Shown piece after piece: positions 45,591 to 55,166 of a stretch of 64,000 bases of DNA. A program made the position numbers and the translations under genes. Origin of the DNA: Patescibacteria group bacterium (lineage in GTDB: Bacteria > Patescibacteriota > Patescibacteriia > JACRDY01); contig JBAZFH010000001.1 in assembly GCA_041653535.1 (NCBI GenBank), positions 214,175 to 278,174 on the forward strand, in the 5' to 3' direction. The notes under the pieces are model-generated. The model worked only from the letters and a program-made list of their open reading frames with translations. It was not told the DNA's origin and did no database searches. Each line of letters starts with the position of its first letter. Positions within the stretch are counted from its first letter, which is position 1.

Positions 45591-45965
45591 ATGGAAATGA
45601 TCGATAAAAATTATACCTACGCTATTGTCGGTGCGTCAGCTAATATCGAAAAATACGGTCACAAAGTTTTGATCGATTTGCATACGGCTGGCTATAAAGT
45701 AATCCCGATTAATCCAAAAGGCGGTGAGATAGAAGGACTGCAGGTTTACCCGAGTCTTTCGGCAGTGAAAGAAAAAATTGATGTCGCAATTTTTGTCGTG
45801 CCACCGACGGTGACTAGCGAAGTTTTGATTGAAGTCAAAAATCTAGGAATAGATAAGGTTTGGATGCAGCCGGGTAGCGAGAGCGCCGAAGCAATAGAAT
45901 TTTGTAAAAATAATAATATAAATTGCGTCCACGATGCTTGTATCATGGTGGCGCGCCAAAACTAA
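45591..45965 (+). CDS. CoA-binding domain protein (YccU-like)
   Basis: IVGASANIEKYGHKVL...VIPINPKGGEIEG pattern. Confidence 0.7.
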   Translation: MEMIDKNYTYAIVGASANIEKYGHKVLIDLHTAGYKVIPINPKGGEIEGLQVYPSLSAVKEKIDVAIFVVPPTVTSEVLIEVKNLGIDKVWMQPGSESAEAIEFCKNNNINCVHDACIMVARQN

Positions 45966-45966
45966 T

Positions 45967-46428
45967 ATGAAACCAAACTATCTTATCATCCCGCTGTTTA
46001 CCATCATCGTTGCTTGGGCGGGGAGCGCTGTCACTTCGAACGGAATGAGTTGGTACAAAACTATCAATTTACCTAGCTGGACGCCACCAGGATCGGTGAT
46101 TGGAGCAGTCTGGACAGCGATTTTCCTTTTGGCGACAATTGCAGCGATACTGGTTTGGAACGGTCATCACGGCTCAAGAGTGTGGCTTATTTTTTCTATA
46201 TTTGTTATCAACGCGATACTAAATATTTTTTGGAGTTATTTATTTTTTGGTCAACATTTTTTGGCGGCAGCAATCTGGGAGGCAGGAGTTTTGGGCTTAT
46301 CGGTGGTGGCTTTGATTGTTTTGATTTGGCCGCTAACTAAAGCTGCGTCGATACTGCTTATGCCATACGCTGGTTGGGTGGCTTTTGCTACTTATTTAAC
46401 GTACAAGGTTTGGTTGTTGAACAAATAA
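45967..46428 (+). CDS. TspO/MBR family tryptophan-rich sensory protein
   Basis: 5-TM protein with W/Y-rich motifs (WYKTINLPSWTPPG, VWTAIFLL). Start at MKPNY. Confidence 0.7.
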   Translation: MKPNYLIIPLFTIIVAWAGSAVTSNGMSWYKTINLPSWTPPGSVIGAVWTAIFLLATIAAILVWNGHHGSRVWLIFSIFVINAILNIFWSYLFFGQHFLAAAIWEAGVLGLSVVALIVLIWPLTKAASILLMPYAGWVAFATYLTYKVWLLNK

Positions 46429-46433
46429 AATTT

Positions 46434-46763
46434 ATGCGCGTTTGGGATATAAGTCCAAAATATCTTTGTAATAAACATTTGGTTGCCGAACATCACGAGC
46501 TGCACGCGATTTGGGCGATAATAACGAAAAATAAAAAAGGCTACAGTCAGCATCCGGAAACCAAGCGCTGGGTAGGAAAGCTGAAGGCCCTGTATTTGCG
46601 TCATGAAAAATTGGTCAAAGAGTTTGCTTCGCGTGGCTATCGCCATCTGTCGCCGCTTGATAAAAAGTTAGCCAGAGGTAGTGCTAGACAAAACGTTTTA
46701 GTCGATTCTCTGGAAAGGCAAAGGGAAATATTAAAAAAGAAAAATTGTCAGTGTTTTAAATAA
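46434..46763 (+). CDS. pyrimidine-dimer DNA glycosylase (T4 endonuclease V / DenV family)
   Basis: MRVWDISPKYLCNKHLVAEHHELHAIW..KKGYSQHPETKRW matches the Pyr_excise N-terminus. Confidence 0.75.
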   Translation: MRVWDISPKYLCNKHLVAEHHELHAIWAIITKNKKGYSQHPETKRWVGKLKALYLRHEKLVKEFASRGYRHLSPLDKKLARGSARQNVLVDSLERQREILKKKNCQCFK

Positions 46764-46812
46764 AACTTTTTGGATAAAAATAGCCCCGCCTGAAAAAAGC
46801 GGGGCTTTGTTG

Positions 46813-47139
46813 TTACAGTTTTATCGGACAGATGCTTTTTGGTATGGTGACTAAAAAAGTTTCTTCATCTCCACACTGAGATGCTACCGCGGGATAGATC
46901 GAAACAATCTGCAAATCAGGATGTTTCTGGATAAAGTTTGGCAACGATTTTTTCCAGGCATCCTTGTTGATGCAGGCCCCGGCTTTGATTAACCAGAGAC
47001 CCGGCGCTACCTCGACGCCTTCGTTTATTTGATCCTGGTTTTTGCCAGAACTGCTGCGTGGTAAGCAGCAGACAATCATAACCAGAGCGATGGCGATAAC
47101 GAAACCAATCAGAATGCCAACTTTCACTTTTTTGTTCAT
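46813..47139 (-). CDS. small membrane-anchored Cys-containing protein, paralog A
   Basis: 108 aa with an N-terminal TM helix ending in CC, plus conserved Cys in the C-terminal half. About 35% identical to the adjacent gene. Confidence 0.5.
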   Translation of the reverse strand: MNKKVKVGILIGFVIAIALVMIVCCLPRSSSGKNQDQINEGVEVAPGLWLIKAGACINKDAWKKSLPNFIQKHPDLQIVSIYPAVASQCGDEETFLVTIPKSICPIKL

Positions 47140-47151
47140 CGTTTTTTCTCT

Positions 47152-47478
47152 TTACTGTTGTAGCGGTTGGCAGACACACTTGGGCGCTGTGACTAAAAAC
47201 ATTCCCAAGGCGTTGCCGTAGCCATTTTCAGCCGATGAATACATGGCAGTAATTTGCAGATCGGCATGTTTTTGCATGAAATTGAGAAGCAATTCCTGCC
47301 AGACGTTACTGTCGAGTCCGACTATAATATCGATGCGCCAGAGTCCCATGCCCAGATAAACGGCCTCAACTACTTCGGGCGGGTTTTTGTCAGCGCTGTC
47401 GTGTGGTGAGCAGCAAATGATCATGACCAGAGCGATAGCAAGACCGACTAGTACGCCAGATTTGAATTTGTTATCCAT
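47152..47478 (-). CDS. small membrane-anchored Cys-containing protein, paralog B
   Basis: 108 aa, same architecture as 46813-47139. Confidence 0.5.
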   Translation of the reverse strand: MDNKFKSGVLVGLAIALVMIICCSPHDSADKNPPEVVEAVYLGMGLWRIDIIVGLDSNVWQELLLNFMQKHADLQITAMYSSAENGYGNALGMFLVTAPKCVCQPLQQ

Positions 47479-47490
47479 CTCTTTTCTCCT

Positions 47491-47949
47491 TTACCGCAGG
47501 TAAATGTAATACTGAATTTTTTTGGCGTGGTTGGTCATTTGGGTTTTTTGCAGTCGACCTCGAGCGGTTAGCAGTTGTTCGACACGGCGCACTAAAATAT
47601 TGATAAAGAGAGATGGGTTAGCGCCGTTTGGGAAGGAAAATTCGTAGGTGGTTGGGTCGCTAAACTGTTCGAAGTCATCAACTGCTCTTGGTGCGTGCAG
47701 ATGTAGCCATTTTTCATCCCGTTTGCCCTGGATTCTTTTTAGGATTCTCGCCCGGATTGATTCGCGCAACAGCGTGAAGTGGATCTCGAAGTCGGGAGTG
47801 GGTGAATGGTGAGGCAAGTCGATGTAGTTGAGAGTAATGGTGTGGATCAGTGTGGTTACCACCGTCTCCATTTCATCGATTTCTTTAAGGGTAAGAGTAA
47901 AAAAACTGTAGGGAATAACGGTTCTGATGTTTGGAACAACGTGTCTCAT
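47491..47949 (-). CDS. hypothetical cytoplasmic protein, first gene of a three-gene minus-strand operon
   Basis: 152 aa. There are 12-nt gaps to the downstream paralogs. Confidence 0.45.
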   Translation of the reverse strand: MRHVVPNIRTVIPYSFFTLTLKEIDEMETVVTTLIHTITLNYIDLPHHSPTPDFEIHFTLLRESIRARILKRIQGKRDEKWLHLHAPRAVDDFEQFSDPTTYEFSFPNGANPSLFINILVRRVEQLLTARGRLQKTQMTNHAKKIQYYIYLR

Positions 47950-48233
47950 GAAAGGAACCTCCTTGATTGCCCTCTGGTTTTCTAGACCAAGAGGGGAAAG
48001 CCTTCGGATTGATTGTCAATTCGAAGGGATAAAGGATATTAGATAATATATTTTTTTTGTTTTTTTGTCAATGATAAAAACGGCGAGTTTAAAAAAACTA
48101 ACGCAAATACCCTGACCGGCATATGATCTATGAATATAACTACCAGTTATTATCGCTCAATCTTTGCCGGGCGGTTTTGTAAGTTGTTGTCTTTTGGTTA
48201 TGGACTAGTTTTTATTTGTGTTAAAATAGAGTT

Positions 48234-49793
48234 ATGCCTATTAATTTAAGCAAAATTAAGATCCCGCAGAGCCCCGGCTGCTATATCATGAAAGATCGGT
48301 CGGGCGATATTTTGTATATCGGTAAAGCGAAAAATTTGAGCAAAAGGGTGAAAAGTTATTGGCAAAAGACCCATGCCGATTGGAAAACCGACGAGCTGCT
48401 CGGTAGTGTTGTTGATATCGAGTTCATAGTTACGCGCAACGAAGTTGAGGCGCTGCTGCTCGAAGCTCGGTTAATCCGCCAACACAAACCGCGGTTTAAT
48501 CTGATGTTGAAAGAAAACCAGCCTTATACTTATATCAAAATTACCGATGAAGAATTTCCGCGCCTGGTTAGCGTCCGTACTATTGGCAGCGACGGAAAAT
48601 ATTTTGGACCTTTTGTTTCGGGTAAGGGCAAGAAATATTTAATGCTGACGACAGCTCGATTGTTTGGACTGCGGACCGACAGGTTTATCTCTCGCAGCGG
48701 TCGCGAACTCTATAAGCTGCTCAGTGAGATTAAAGAAAGAGATCTTGAAAAAATTTCCGCTACGGAATACCAATACAATGTCCGGCTTGCCGAAATGTTT
48801 TTGCGCGGAAGTAAAGAACAACTGTTGGTTGAATTAGAAAGGAAAATGAAGAAGGCCAGCGCCGAGCAAAATTTTGAGCTGGCGCGGCTGTATCGCGACC
48901 ATATTCGTTCGATCAAAAACTTTAGCGAAAAGCAGCTGATTTTACTGCCTAAAAATTACGATCAGGACGTGATCAATTGCGTGGTGGTTAGCGACAAGGC
49001 GTTGGTTCAAGTTTTTAATATCAACAAAGGAATAGTAACTTCGCGTAATCATTTTGAATTACAGGTAGCAGGGCAGGGACTAGCCGAAATTTTGTCGGGA
49101 TTTGTCGAGCAGTATTATCTGACGCGACCAGTGCCACGTGAGCTGATTTTGCCGGTGGAGCCAACTGATAAAAGTTTACTCGTTAGATATATGGAAAGTT
49201 TTAAAGGCTCAAAAGTCGAAATACTGGTTCCTAAAACAGGGGATAAAAAAAAGTTGCTTGATTTGGTGCGACAAAATATTTTGGTGCGTCTAAATGCCGG
49301 ACCACTGGCCGAGCTGCAAGCCAGATTACAGCTGCCGCGATTGCCGGAAGAAATAGACGGTTTTGATATATCCAATACTTCGGGCAAAGAAGCGGTTGGT
49401 TCGTGCGTGCATTTTAGCGGCGGCAAACCAAATAAAAATTTGTACCGTAAGTTTAAAATTAAAACAGTTTCTGGGCCAAATGATTATGCCATGATGGAAG
49501 AAGTGATGTCGCGCCGTTATGCCCACAAAGGATGGGTGATGCCGGATTTGATTTTGGTCGATGGCGGCAAAGGTCAGCTGGGCATAGCGCTTAAAGTTTT
49601 AGCCAAATTAGGCCTGGATTTACCGGTTATTTCTTTAGCTAAAAAACGGGAAGAGATTTTTATTCCTGGTTATCGCGAGCCAATAGTTTTAGAACGACGT
49701 TCTGATGGTTTGAAATTACTGCAAAATATTCGCGATGAAGCCCATCGATTTGCGATTGGGTATCATAAGTTGTTGAGAGGGAAGAGAAGTTAG
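48234..49793 (+). CDS. uvrC: excinuclease ABC subunit C (short form)
   Basis: N-terminal GIY-YIG (GCYIMKDRSGDILYIGKAKNL), UVR domain, and RNase H-like endonuclease domain. At 519 aa the C-terminal HhH pair appears to be absent. Confidence 0.8.
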   Translation: MPINLSKIKIPQSPGCYIMKDRSGDILYIGKAKNLSKRVKSYWQKTHADWKTDELLGSVVDIEFIVTRNEVEALLLEARLIRQHKPRFNLMLKENQPYTYIKITDEEFPRLVSVRTIGSDGKYFGPFVSGKGKKYLMLTTARLFGLRTDRFISRSGRELYKLLSEIKERDLEKISATEYQYNVRLAEMFLRGSKEQLLVELERKMKKASAEQNFELARLYRDHIRSIKNFSEKQLILLPKNYDQDVINCVVVSDKALVQVFNINKGIVTSRNHFELQVAGQGLAEILSGFVEQYYLTRPVPRELILPVEPTDKSLLVRYMESFKGSKVEILVPKTGDKKKLLDLVRQNILVRLNAGPLAELQARLQLPRLPEEIDGFDISNTSGKEAVGSCVHFSGGKPNKNLYRKFKIKTVSGPNDYAMMEEVMSRRYAHKGWVMPDLILVDGGKGQLGIALKVLAKLGLDLPVISLAKKREEIFIPGYREPIVLERRSDGLKLLQNIRDEAHRFAIGYHKLLRGKRS

Positions 49794-49887
49794 GAGCTGG
49801 GAACTAGGAGCTGGGGGCGGGGAATTGTGCACTAGGTGTTGTTAATGTGGTATAATAACATTGTATAAAAAATAAAAAAATAAATTT

Positions 49888-50754
49888 ATGGATCAACCTA
49901 CGCCTTTTCTTTCTGGAACGCCGACTGCCAGCCCTGCGCCCTATGTTGCCAAAAAGAGTTCCGCCTTGCTGCCAGTGATTATCGGTATAGTACTAGCAGC
50001 GCTAGTAGTGGCACTGGTCGGTTATTTTCTAGTTGTTTTGCCCGCCAAAACCGTTGCAGATAATCTTAATGAGCAGGTTGGTTTTTTAGGTCAAGAAAAA
50101 ATTGTCCTGCAAACCGATCTAAACGCCTGTAAGGATCAAAACACTACGCTGGGTAATAGTTTGCAGCAAAAAAATCAAGAAGCGACACTGGCTAGCGAAA
50201 GTGATTACGCCGGTTGGAATACCTATACTAGCGTTGTGGACAACATTAGTTTTCGTTATCCCACTAATTGGGACGCAGTAACCGATGCAGAAATAGCCGG
50301 ACAGGGGTCTGTGCCTTCGACGACTGAAGATAACATATCTTTCGTTAATGGCGTAAGCGGAAACAGAATACACGTTAGTTTTGTCAGAAAACAAGCTGCT
50401 GATAATGGTAGCTTGTTTTCAGCAATTAAACTGAAAGATTATCCTTCAGTGGTCGCGACAAAGATTAATCTAGGCGGTACAATCATTACCGACAAGGTCG
50501 TTTCTTCTTATAACAAAAAGATAAAAATGATTGTTTACGGCTATAGCCACAAAGACGATGGTACTAACAATCAGGGTATTATTGCCGTTGGCGACTATTA
50601 TTTTAATATTTGGGCTGAAGGCAACACCAGTCTTGCCAAAGAAGATGATAAGGACATCTCGTTTGATGATCAGGTGATCATGGAAAAGATTTTGAACTCA
50701 GTGAAATTCAATGTTACCGCTTCGACGTCAGTAGCCGCTGAACCAGTCAAATAA
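49888..50754 (+). CDS. hypothetical membrane-anchored protein
   Basis: TM helix LLPVIIGIVLAALVVALVGYFLVVL followed by an extracytoplasmic domain. Confidence 0.4.
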   Translation: MDQPTPFLSGTPTASPAPYVAKKSSALLPVIIGIVLAALVVALVGYFLVVLPAKTVADNLNEQVGFLGQEKIVLQTDLNACKDQNTTLGNSLQQKNQEATLASESDYAGWNTYTSVVDNISFRYPTNWDAVTDAEIAGQGSVPSTTEDNISFVNGVSGNRIHVSFVRKQAADNGSLFSAIKLKDYPSVVATKINLGGTIITDKVVSSYNKKIKMIVYGYSHKDDGTNNQGIIAVGDYYFNIWAEGNTSLAKEDDKDISFDDQVIMEKILNSVKFNVTASTSVAAEPVK

Positions 50755-50812
50755 AATATTTATAGCTAAAGTAAAAACCCCGCGTCGTAATAGAGCGGGG
50801 TTTTGTTGTTGG

Positions 50813-51115
50813 CTATTTGGCTTCGCAGTCGACGCTGCGAAAGACATTGGCGTCGATCAGGAATTTTTTTTCAACACCGTCGGTGTTTTTGGCTGTAGCG
50901 ACCGTGCTCCAGTAAACTTTTTTTTCGAGTCGGTCGATAGCGGAGATGGTCGGGTCGATGGTCTTGATGCAGTTCATTGCTTCGTCTTTGTCGACCCAGT
51001 AGTTGCCCATGACAACGGCGCCAAGAGCTCCGAAGATGAGGACGACGATTCCGATGATGGCGATAAAGAGTATCAATTCAACGAGTGTAAACCCTTTGTT
51101 GTTCCCGGTCTTCAT
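50813..51115 (-). CDS. type IV pilin-like protein (prepilin N-terminal methylation motif)
   Basis: KGFTLVELILFIAIIGIVV class III signal peptide. Confidence 0.8.
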   Translation of the reverse strand: MKTGNNKGFTLVELILFIAIIGIVVLIFGALGAVVMGNYWVDKDEAMNCIKTIDPTISAIDRLEKKVYWSTVATAKNTDGVEKKFLIDANVFRSVDCEAK

Positions 51116-51438
51116 TTCACTTCTCCTTGGTTATTAGTTGGTGGGTACACCGCACCCAACTTTGCTAAAGAGTCCGGTGTTGAGTAAAAATTTTTTTTCA
51201 TTGCCGATGACATCGGCAGCTGTTATTTAGGTTTGATCGTTAATTTGCGAATATTATAAGTTATATTATTTTTGTTTGTTTGTCAATAGAAATAAATCGG
51301 ACTTGGCTGGTCTTGCCAGTTTTTTATTTTTCTGTTAAACTTTCCTTACTTATTAATAAATCACTCATTTTTCGCATTTTCCTTCCCCGAAATTTTAAAC
51401 AAAGGGGCGGCGAAAAAGAGGGATAATAAAGGAAAAAT

Positions 51439-52137
51439 ATGCCAAAATTACCAAGTTTGGAGGAGATGTTAAAAACCGGGATGCACTTTGGTCATAAGAC
51501 CGGAAAATGGCACCCAAAAATGGAGTCCTATATCTTTGCTGAGCGCAACGGCGTTCATGTCGTTGATTTGGAAAAAACCCTAGTTAAGCTGGAAGAGGCT
51601 CTAAATTTTATTAAAAATACCGTTGCTAGTGGCGGTGTTGTTTTGTTTGTAGGAACAAAAGATCAAGCTAAACCGATTATTGAAAAATATGCCAAGGAGT
51701 GCGGCATGCCTTATATTAATCAACGTTGGCTTGGCGGCACGTTGACTAATTTTCCGATTATTTTGAAACTCACCAAAAAGTATAAAGACATGAGAGTTAA
51801 GCAAGAGACCGGTGGTTTTAAGGGTTATACTAAAAAAGAACAGCTTGATTTCCAAAATGAAATTGAAAATTTAGATATGCGTGTTGGTGGTATTGCGGAG
51901 GTGAAAAAAGTTCCCGAAGCGATTTTTATTGTCGATATCATGCGTGAAAAAACAGCTTTGACTGAAGCGGTAAAACGCCATGTTCCGGTTGTGGCGATTT
52001 GTGATACCAATGTTAATCCGGAAAAGGTTACTTATCCCATTCCAGCTAACGATGACGCAACTAAGGGAATAGAAATGATCACTGCGTTGGTCGCCGAAGC
52101 GGTAAAAGAAGGCAAAAACGCGGTGGTAAGTAAGTAG
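51439..52137 (+). CDS. rpsB: 30S ribosomal protein S2
   Basis: MLKTGMHFGHKTGKWHPKM N-terminus. Confidence 0.95.
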   Translation: MPKLPSLEEMLKTGMHFGHKTGKWHPKMESYIFAERNGVHVVDLEKTLVKLEEALNFIKNTVASGGVVLFVGTKDQAKPIIEKYAKECGMPYINQRWLGGTLTNFPIILKLTKKYKDMRVKQETGGFKGYTKKEQLDFQNEIENLDMRVGGIAEVKKVPEAIFIVDIMREKTALTEAVKRHVPVVAICDTNVNPEKVTYPIPANDDATKGIEMITALVAEAVKEGKNAVVSK

Positions 52138-52220
52138 AAAAATACTCTCAATAAAAAATAAAAAGGTGGTGGGGGCGGGTGGTTTACTAACCACTAACCA
52201 CTAACCACTAACCACTAAAT

Positions 52221-52997
52221 ATGTCCGACCTACAAACTATCAAACAACTTCGTGAACGTACCGGTGCCGGTATGGTTGATTGTCAAAAAGCGTTAGATGA
52301 ATCTAACGGCGATATTGAAAAAGCGGTAGAAATATTGCGCAAAAAAGGACTGGAAAAAGCCGGTAAGAAAGCTGAACGCAGTACTAAGGAAGGTTTAATT
52401 TCTTTTGCCTGCGAGGGGAAAAAGGTTGCTGTCGTCGGTCTTACTTGTGAAACAGATTTTGTTTCTCGCAACGAAGATTTTATTAAAGTAGTAAATGATT
52501 TTGCCATCAAACTATTAAATACTCCGGTTGAAGAGTTTAAGCCTTGGGCCGAAGAACATGTAGCCAAAGAGCTAATTTCTAAGATTGGTGAAAATATGAA
52601 GCTAGTGGCTGCGGAAGTAATTGAAGGCGAGGTTATCGGCACCTATCTTCATTCCAATAAGAAGTTAGCCACCGTCGTTGTTTTACGGGGCGGTACGGTT
52701 GAACTGGCTAACGACATTGCTATGCAGGTTGCTGCCATGTCACCAAAATATGTGCAATCGTCCGAAGTACCTGCTGATGAGATTGTTAAGGAAAAGGAAA
52801 TTTATCGAGAACAGATGAAAGGGGAAAATAAGCCAGAAGCGGTAATCGAAAAGATTATTGAAGGAAAATTGAATAAGTTTTACTCGGAGGTTTGTTTGCT
52901 TAATCAAGCCTTTATCAAAGACGACAAGATGACTATTGAGCAGCTACTCGCTGCCGCTGGTGCTCAAGTCGTTCGTTTTTCTCGCTTCCAGATATAA
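52221..52997 (+). CDS. tsf: elongation factor Ts
   Basis: IKQLRERTGAGMVDCQKAL UBA-like N-terminus. Confidence 0.9.
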   Translation: MSDLQTIKQLRERTGAGMVDCQKALDESNGDIEKAVEILRKKGLEKAGKKAERSTKEGLISFACEGKKVAVVGLTCETDFVSRNEDFIKVVNDFAIKLLNTPVEEFKPWAEEHVAKELISKIGENMKLVAAEVIEGEVIGTYLHSNKKLATVVVLRGGTVELANDIAMQVAAMSPKYVQSSEVPADEIVKEKEIYREQMKGENKPEAVIEKIIEGKLNKFYSEVCLLNQAFIKDDKMTIEQLLAAAGAQVVRFSRFQI

Positions 52998-53084
52998 GTA
53001 TACAGGAGACAGGATACAGGATGCAGGAGATAAAGAAGCTTCTGTCTCCTGTCTCCAGTCTCCTGTCTCCAGTCTCCTAATTTT

Positions 53085-53897
53085 ATGAAGGTCGCGCTCG
53101 TACAATTTACTACTTGGGATAAGGCTTATTATTTTGATCCGGCGCAGGAAAACTTTGCGGTTGGGGATTTTGTTATTGTGGAAACGCAGATAGGAATAGA
53201 TATGGGGAAAATTATCGGTTTTGAAGATATAGCCAAGTTGGCTGACGAAGCAGAAATTAAGCCAATTACCCGCAAGGCGACAAAGGACGATTTAAAAAAA
53301 CGTCTTAGCCTTGATGAGGAAAAGGAAGAAGCGGTTAAAAACTGCAAAAAAATGGTAACTAAGTACGCCCTGCCGATGAAGCTTGTTGACGCTCACTTTT
53401 CTTTTGACGACAAGAGAATTACTTTTGCCTTTATTGCTCAAGGCAGAATAGATTTTCGCGAATTAGTTAAAGATTTATCCCGTTATTATAAAAAAAATAT
53501 TCGTTTACAGCAGCTCGGTATTCGTGATGAAATGAAAATGTGCGGCGATATCGGTCCTTGCGGCATGCAGCTGTGTTGTCAAACTTTTGTCAAAGAGCTC
53601 GGCAGCATTACTTCTGATTTAGCTGAGGCGCAACAAGTGGTGCATCGTGGTTCGGAGCGCCTTTCTGGTTGTTGCGGTCGCCTGCGTTGCTGTCTGGCTT
53701 TTGAAAAAGAAGTTTATCGTGATTTAGCTGCCAAAATGCCACCGCTTGGTTCAATCGTAAAAACAGAGAGCGGTAAGGGCGAAGTGGTTGGTTGGAGGCT
53801 GATCAAGCAAATGGTGGACGTGCGGGTGGTAACCGACAATGGCAAGGAAAAAGAAGTAGTTTTTATTGAAGTTCCAGTGGATAAAATTTCTCGTTAA
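53085..53897 (+). CDS. PSP1 domain protein (RicT/YaaT-like)
   Basis: PSP1 C-terminal domain with conserved Cys cluster CGDIGPCGMQLCCQ. Confidence 0.75.
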   Translation: MKVALVQFTTWDKAYYFDPAQENFAVGDFVIVETQIGIDMGKIIGFEDIAKLADEAEIKPITRKATKDDLKKRLSLDEEKEEAVKNCKKMVTKYALPMKLVDAHFSFDDKRITFAFIAQGRIDFRELVKDLSRYYKKNIRLQQLGIRDEMKMCGDIGPCGMQLCCQTFVKELGSITSDLAEAQQVVHRGSERLSGCCGRLRCCLAFEKEVYRDLAAKMPPLGSIVKTESGKGEVVGWRLIKQMVDVRVVTDNGKEKEVVFIEVPVDKISR

Positions 53898-54076
53898 TAC
53901 GAGTTTAGATTTTTAGTTTAGATCCCCTAAGTAGGGGGTTTTTAGTACAGGAGACAGGAGACAGGAGACAGGAGGCAGGATGTCTTGTTACTTGTGTATT
54001 TTAATCCTGTACCCCGCATCCTGTATCCTGTATCCTGTTTATGCTATAATAAAATCAAATCAATAAACTTATTTTT

Positions 54077-55084
54077 ATGGTTCAAAAAACTCGCGTTGCT
54101 ATCAATGGCTTTGGTCGCATTGGTCGAGCGGCTTTCCGCATCGCCTTTGGTAAGAATAATTTAGAAATCGTTGCTATTAACGATCTGACTGACAATAAAA
54201 CCCTGGCGCATCTTTTGAAATATGATTCGGTTTTCCGCACCTACGATAAAAAAGTTGGTTTCGACGGCAAAAATTTAGTAGTTAACGGCAAGAAAATTCC
54301 TTGCCTAGCAGAAAAAGATCCTTCGAAATTGCCGTGGAAAAAGCTAGGTGTTGATGTGGTTTTGGAGTGTACTGGCGCTTTTCGCGAGGAAAAAGAAGTG
54401 ATGGCGCACATCAAGGCGGGCGCCAAAAAAATAATTATCTCCGCTCCGGTAAAAGGCGACGGAGTAAATACTTATGTTTTGGGAGTAAATAGCGCTAACT
54501 ATAAAGGGGAAAAGATTATCGATAATGCTTCCTGTACGACCAATTGTATTTCTCCAGTAGTCCAGGTGATTCAAAGTAAATTCGGTATCCTCAAGGCTAC
54601 TATGACTACTATTCATTCTTATACTGCCGATCAGCGTCTAATTGATGCGCCGCACAAAGATTTGCGTCGCGCTCGCGCTGCTGGAGTCAATATGATTCCG
54701 ACTACCACTGGAGCAGCTGTAGCTACTACTAAAACCATCCCGGAATTAAAAGGTTTGTTTGACGGATTATCTATTCGTGTTCCGACTATTGACGTTTCAA
54801 TTTCTGACATCACGATGTTGATCAAGAAAAACGTTACGGAAAAAGAGGTTAATAATGCGCTTATCACTGCGAGTAAGACACCGCGCTACAAGGGTATTTT
54901 GGCGGTGACAGAAGAAGAGTTGGTTTCTGGTGATTTTATTGCCAATCCAGCCTCGGCTATTGTTGATCTTGCTTTGACCAAAGTCGTCGACGGTAATTTG
55001 CTTAAAGTGGTTGCTTGGTATGATAATGAATGGGGTTATTCAAATAGGTTAGTGGAAATGATCAGCGTGGTGAATAAAAAGTAA
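54077..55084 (+). CDS. gap: type I glyceraldehyde-3-phosphate dehydrogenase
   Basis: INGFGRIGR NAD-binding motif and catalytic SCTTNC. Confidence 0.95.
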   Translation: MVQKTRVAINGFGRIGRAAFRIAFGKNNLEIVAINDLTDNKTLAHLLKYDSVFRTYDKKVGFDGKNLVVNGKKIPCLAEKDPSKLPWKKLGVDVVLECTGAFREEKEVMAHIKAGAKKIIISAPVKGDGVNTYVLGVNSANYKGEKIIDNASCTTNCISPVVQVIQSKFGILKATMTTIHSYTADQRLIDAPHKDLRRARAAGVNMIPTTTGAAVATTKTIPELKGLFDGLSIRVPTIDVSISDITMLIKKNVTEKEVNNALITASKTPRYKGILAVTEEELVSGDFIANPASAIVDLALTKVVDGNLLKVVAWYDNEWGYSNRLVEMISVVNKK

Positions 55085-55166
55085 AAAATCAAAATTCAAA
55101 AATCAAAATCACAACTCAAAATTAAAAAATTAGTTTTTTAGCTACTAACTACTAACCACTGTTTTT

